In this document: one piece after another, positions 58,407 through 64,000 of the stretch
How the letters are laid out: every line of letters starts with the position of its first letter
Numbering within the stretch: the stretch's first letter is position 1
Source of the DNA: Setoptus koraiensis
Taxonomy: Eukaryota > Animalia > Arthropoda
NCBI GenBank assembly: GCA_048013815.1
Contig: CM106586.1
Coordinates: 7,068,001 to 7,132,000, forward strand
Reading direction: 5' to 3'
Length of the DNA stretch: 64,000 bases
Made by a program: the position numbers and the translations under genes
The notes under the pieces: generated by a model
What the model saw: the letters and a program-made list of their open reading frames with translations, nothing else
What the model was told of the DNA's origin: nothing
Databases searched by the model: none

Positions 58407-60688
58407 GTCTTTTGAATGAATCCCTTGTGGTCCTTGAGAGATTTATTGAAAGCTTGCAAAAATAGCAAGTGTTGAATACATACAGTTCATTAAATTCGCA
58501 GATTAATGAATTGTACTGCTGGTGAATTGGTTTTGATCTCACAGATGGTATAATTGATAGTAAAAATGATGTTGATTTTTCTCCTTTCAACGTTTAACGA
58601 TTGATGAAGCATTGATAGTGTAGCGCACTACAAAGATCTCAAGCGTGGCGCAGTTATGTATGTCTATAGTGTTTGATCTATATCGATAAATAAAATCCCG
58701 ATGAAAAATGAAGTTTGATGATTGGACTTATCGAGTGAATCATCATTCCAAGGTCCATTGTGTGTGTCGAATATCCCTTGTAGCTGGATGCATTTGATCA
58801 ATGAGAGTTGATGATAATAAATGCATTGCTACTACAAACATTATAATAATAATTCTCGTGCGTGGTGGCGTATACTAAATCTGCGACAGTGTTGAACAAT
58901 TCATTCGAGGCTGATATTAATTTTTATACTGGTGGGAGGGTCTTTGTTTTTCATCACTCAACGAAAGCTACCAAGTCACATTCTAGGCGTCTCGGCAATA
59001 GTCGGATTTGTCAGAATGTGCATAGAAAGAATCATAATATACAATGTTGACCAGTATTATTCATGACAAACGACCCCTATGCCGCGAGTATATTCGTTAT
59101 TGTCCTGTCAAAATGAGGAGTTGTTGCTATCAAAGCATCGTTCTCAGTCGCACATGTTATTTGAAACACAAATTTCACTATAGATCATGACATCACCTTA
59201 TTATTGGAGGCTGTTGTCGTTATCGCAGTCTTTTCACAAGCACACTGTGGTTCCAGTAATAATAATAACAATGTTTAACTTGGTTGGCACATACTATCTC
59301 AATTCAATGCAGAAAACTACCACAGAAAGATACTCAAAATATCCAATGTATCTTGTGCACATTTCTCCTGTTATAGGAGTCACTAGGGTATAGATAGTGA
59401 CACTATCCATTCACTACCAAATATGTCCGATGAATTCACCCAAAAATGTCACAATACAGTGATCAATTCCTCAGGTGTTGTATTGTTGTTTATTGTTATT
59501 TTTAAATGGTCGGCATTGCCGTATCTAAACGTACATAAAATACAATCTCAACAAATATCTCCACCACTTACAGGGTGTTACAGGCAAGTGTAAAACACTG
59601 CGCTTGGAATCTGCGTGACATAAACATTTACTCAGTAAATTGTTCAAATTGTATACTGGATTTTAAACAAGCACAGATCGTCCTTCAGCACATGCTGCCT
59701 AGAACAAACTGAACAAACCGGTCGCACAGACAACACACTCAGAATCTTGCATCAGGCTGCACACACAGATCTTTCGAATATTCTGTGCCCCCGTGCAGCA
59801 CCTTGTATCTAATAGCTCGCCGTGTCACTTGACACACCCTGTACAATTATGTAATAAAAGAACAAAAGCACATGCTCATGCGCATTGTGCAAACACACAA
59901 CCACACAGGCACACAAACACACGCACACACAATCTCAAAATATTAGTAAATAACTGCCATCATCATCATCACGGTCTTGGAATTAGAATGAATTGAATTT
60001 TACAAACCATCGCGCCACTATTCCCATCTAGCTAACAACAAAACATCAATGTTTGATGATCGAACAACATAGAACAACAACAACAAAAAATACTATTATC
60101 ATTATTAAATACATCTATGTCTAATCAATAAACTAAAATACGATGAATATATCGTCAACCAGGGATATTAATCTCAGCAAATTTATTTTATGTAACCTAA
60201 CATTATTAATGATGATAATATAATGATACTCTCAATGTGATACATACCATCAAGCAGGACATTAAAATGGAAACATTATCTGATCACAGACGTTACAATG
60301 AACACAAGTAAACTTATTATTCATCAAATTGAGAAGCCACAAATCATAAATAAAATAAACATTGGATATACTACTACTCAATTCATTTATATGCCAGAAG
60401 AAAAAATAAACTCATTGCTTTTAGGGTACCATTCTGGACGTAGTCTACTAAGCTTCTATTTTAATAACTATTCACAAGCTTTGGTGCCAGTCAGTAGACA
60501 CACGATAAATACAAAATAGATTGAGACTAAGACGGAATAAGAATAAACAATAAGGAATTAATTCTATTCAGTGCAGTTAGCTACATGATACTGCAGATTA
60601 TTTTAATATTGAGCAGACTTTACTATAGCAATTACCTTAGATCACCAAAGTCAATACATTCAGGATAAACTCGGATAACCACTTCAAA

Positions 60689-62743
60689 ATGCCAGTGATA
60701 TCTGAAAATAGTATTCCCATACCCTCTTTGAAACTCTATGTCAGCTTCAGCGTACTTGCGTTATCCGCTTCAATATATTATGCCGTTAATAAATCAAATT
60801 TCGCCGATTGGGAATACAATCTTCTCGGTGCCGAAGTAGCAAGCATTGACGAAAACATACTGAAAACCAACACAGATGAAGAAGAAATCAACACCGACAA
60901 TGTTATCACAGACAATTCTGCAGATAATGACACTTCAGAAAGGGCTTTTCAACACACGATCAAATACACTAGAGGTCCATGGTTAACCCTCCTATCATAT
61001 GCAACAAACTACACTCTTGATCGTCTTCATATTGAACGATCGATTACGGAGCATCCTATTGTAACCAAGACTATAGATGTGATCGACGTCATGTTTCAAG
61101 GTAATACAACGCACAAGGTATCTCATTTTTCACAAGAAACATCCGGACACAATTCTTATTTTGATATACTACTCTATTCCATTTGTTTCATTATATACTA
61201 CAGACACAGCCTGTGCACTCGTCCTCATCAACACTGCCTATTGTTGCTTAGTCATATTCGCCAGAATGTTACAATATCTAGTCTTTGGTGAGCTTAGAGT
61301 TTCTGAAAAACAACACCTAAGGGAAAAGTTTTGGGACTACTTATGTAAGTCTTTTACAGTTATTATGACTTTTTGTTCAATCCTTAATATAAACTGATGT
61401 AACTCTTTATTTCTTTTTTTTCTTGACGAAAAACCAGTCTACAAGATAGTGTTCGTCGTGGGAATATTAGGAGTGCAAAGCATGGAGGAAGCAGTTCCTT
61501 GGACAGCCTGGTTTTCTACTCTTTGTTCTTTGCTACTCGTCGCAAAACTTTGCAAAGAGAGATTTGAGTATTTGGCCTTTTCACCTACCACCCCTAAATG
61601 GTCTTTGGCACGTCTTGGCGTACTGATGTTCTTTGTATTGGGATTATCGCTGTTTTGTGTGGGCGCAGCCATATTTGTTTCACTCAATCAAGTTAATTTC
61701 AAGCTTGGAATTTTACTATACTTACTAGGAGATAGCTTGTACGTGACAATATATTCAATTTTCGTTATCGTAAGGTATGGAATACACACCTACGATCTAC
61801 GGAGTCGTGTGGTTTGGGAGAACAGAGCCACATTCACCTATTACACGGACTTATTTTTCGAATTGACCCTCTTGACTGTGGATTTCTTGCATCACGTACA
61901 TATGTTTTGGGGTAATGCGTTACTGTAAGTATAATTTTTTGTCGCTATTTTCCTTTATCCATCGACTTGATATACATAGACCTAATTCTCATCCTGTCTT
62001 TCTCTAGCTCAATGTCCAATATATTATGTGGTATGAAACTGCATAACTTGTTCTACGAGATACGGCGTCGACTCAAGAAGCATAGAAACTACTTACAGGT
62101 AGTTCAATTGATGGAATCAAATTTTTCAATGGCTCAACAAGAAGATTTAAATAACAACAGTGATGATTGTGCAATATGTTGGGATAAAATGGACTCAGCA
62201 AGGAAATTACCTTGCGGCCACCTATTCCACAACTCATGCTTGAGGTCATGGTTGGAGCAAGACACTTCATGTCCAACGTGCAGGACTTCACTCAAGAGTT
62301 CACCGGATGAACATGATACTGACAATTCCCAAGAAAGTGACGAAGAACCCGGTCTAATACAAAGCGAGCAACCTGGTGGATTACCCACTTTCCAGGGCGC
62401 ACCAAATAGGAATCACTTTTTCCACTTCGACAGTTCTCGTTACACCAATCACCCATTCTTGAGCTGGCTGCCCAATATATCTGTTGAGGCTATTTGGAGG
62501 CCTACATTGATAGATATGGACACGACTAATCCACAACAAAATCGTGACTTGTTATTACCAGGAGCGTTAGATAGATTATCAAGACAAGTTCATGAATTGT
62601 TTCCTGATGTTCCGCTTAGTATCATAACGGAGGATCTGTTAGCCACCAGATCTTTGGAGCTAACAGTTGAGAACATTCTGGAGCGCCGGGCCGAAGGAAG
62701 ATTACCACCTAGGCAATCTTCGTCGGATTCCATTTTGATTTAG
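60689..62743 (+). CDS. AMFR: E3 ubiquitin ligase AMFR/gp78; exons 60689-61100, 61204-61344, 61438-61924, 62008-62743
   Basis: 'FGELRVSEKQHLREKFW', TM region, RING-H2 'CAICWDKM..ARKLPCGHLFHNSCLRSWLEQDTSCPTCR', CUE 'QVHELFPDVP..II.EDL..TRS.ELTVENILE'. Confidence 0.93.
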
Positions 62744-64000
62744 TGACTATTTTTAGCCTTGTTAAATGATGCTCTTTGACTGTATAATGTTAGGTCTACC
62801 ATCAAAAATCTCATTCACTTGATGGTGGAAATTCTGACAGATCTCTCACTTTCCTCCCACTTTTTTCAAACTTACACACCCGCTTCCGAGACTGTGTTGG
62901 AGATTTAAAAATAATAATAAATTGAAAATTAGTGATCAGGGGAGGTAAATCTCTAGCCTAAGCAATCTCTATCATAAAGCCGATTTTTACATGAAAATCG
63001 AACAGGTTTCGACGTTTAGTTTCCTCAATCAGTCGGTAATGTTTCTAATGAAAATACACAGGTTGAAAGAACACACAGTGAGAGTTTCTCACCAGGTCCC
63101 TAAAGAATTCAAAGTATTTCTACTCTTGAGCCATCACCTCTCCGCTGCATGGGTGGTGCGCTGCGCTTGCACCGGCCAACTTATCAAGGCCCTAGCTACA
63201 AAGCTCAAAATACCGTCATATTTTTCCTTCTATTATTCTACCTAATGGTGTAACAAGTTTCTGCTATGAAATTTATTGTGGCTCGTTTCAACAAAAATGG
63301 CATTTTTATTGACAGATTAGTGACAGTTTTACTTGAAAACTTTTCGAATCAGATAGAGCAACCAGACGAACAGTAGTTTACTGATTGCTGTTGATCTTTA
63401 AACAGATCGGTCTACGCTGTCATTCCTTGCATTCAGTAGGAAAACTAATTGATATATGTCAATTTGTTTCTACAAATGATGAACTGGCTACTGCGAGGAA
63501 GTCATTCCGCTGAGCAGTTATGACACTCTGCTAGGGTGTCATCGCCTATTCTGATCCTACTCCTCTTCAGAGGCCTCCACTGGGCCTATACACATCATCA
63601 TTAGGGCTAACCGAATTTTGTAATTACCGCTCTGTTAATAGTGAAGCGATTCACCTGGTTTTCGCACAGTCTACATTTCTGCCTACTTGGAGTTTTATAG
63701 GGCGATTATTTTGCCGAATTATCGTGTTTTGAGGTTTCACCGAAAAAAAATGGCAAGTGTCTAGCTTTGACTGCATTACTTCTGCGAACCCAGCGCCCCT
63801 GGCATCTTAATTCGATAGAAATTTTGCGAAAAAAACCGCCGATTTGGATAGGCCTAATTAAGCTGGTCCACTCTGTTGCCAGTCTTGATGTGCGTTCAAA
63901 AGCGACAGATACATGTGCGACTAAAAGAAATTCTCACTGAAGGCGGCCAAGTCGATCCAAAAGGACACTTGAGGCCCAAGAATAGAGCGCTATCAAGGAA

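Overview
This is eukaryotic nuclear DNA from a very compact, intron-poor animal genome. The gene set is arthropod-like and most consistent with a miniaturised mite; that assignment is inference. About 24 intact protein genes are supported, including eRF3, PCYT2, UQCC1, an INTS15-like gene, DDX39B/UAP56, FOXRED1-like, FAD synthase, MZT2-like, Na+/K+-ATPase alpha, synaptojanin, a shortened LRP1, an MTMR pseudophosphatase, VPS53, RPL3, a CUB protein, an SLC38 transporter, AMFR and several orphans. Many of these are intronless. RPL3 keeps six introns; three carry clear box C/D snoRNAs with rRNA guides and one carries a large structured RNA of unknown class. The most notable observations are: (1) a Na+/K+-ATPase with D121N+N122D+P118A-type changes in the cardiac-glycoside site, plus C802W and an ETNY C-terminus; (2) a 2.8-kb seamless mosaic of decayed fragments of three unrelated genes (contactin, a 20-aa IQ-repeat gene, epsin), with further stray gene-fragment copies elsewhere; (3) an LRP1 that has lost all its ligand-binding clusters; (4) an 11-kb microsatellite-rich island around the Na+/K+-ATPase. 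No CRISPR array, tRNA or rRNA gene, or intact transposase/RT was recognised. All homology calls are from memory of family motifs, not database searches.
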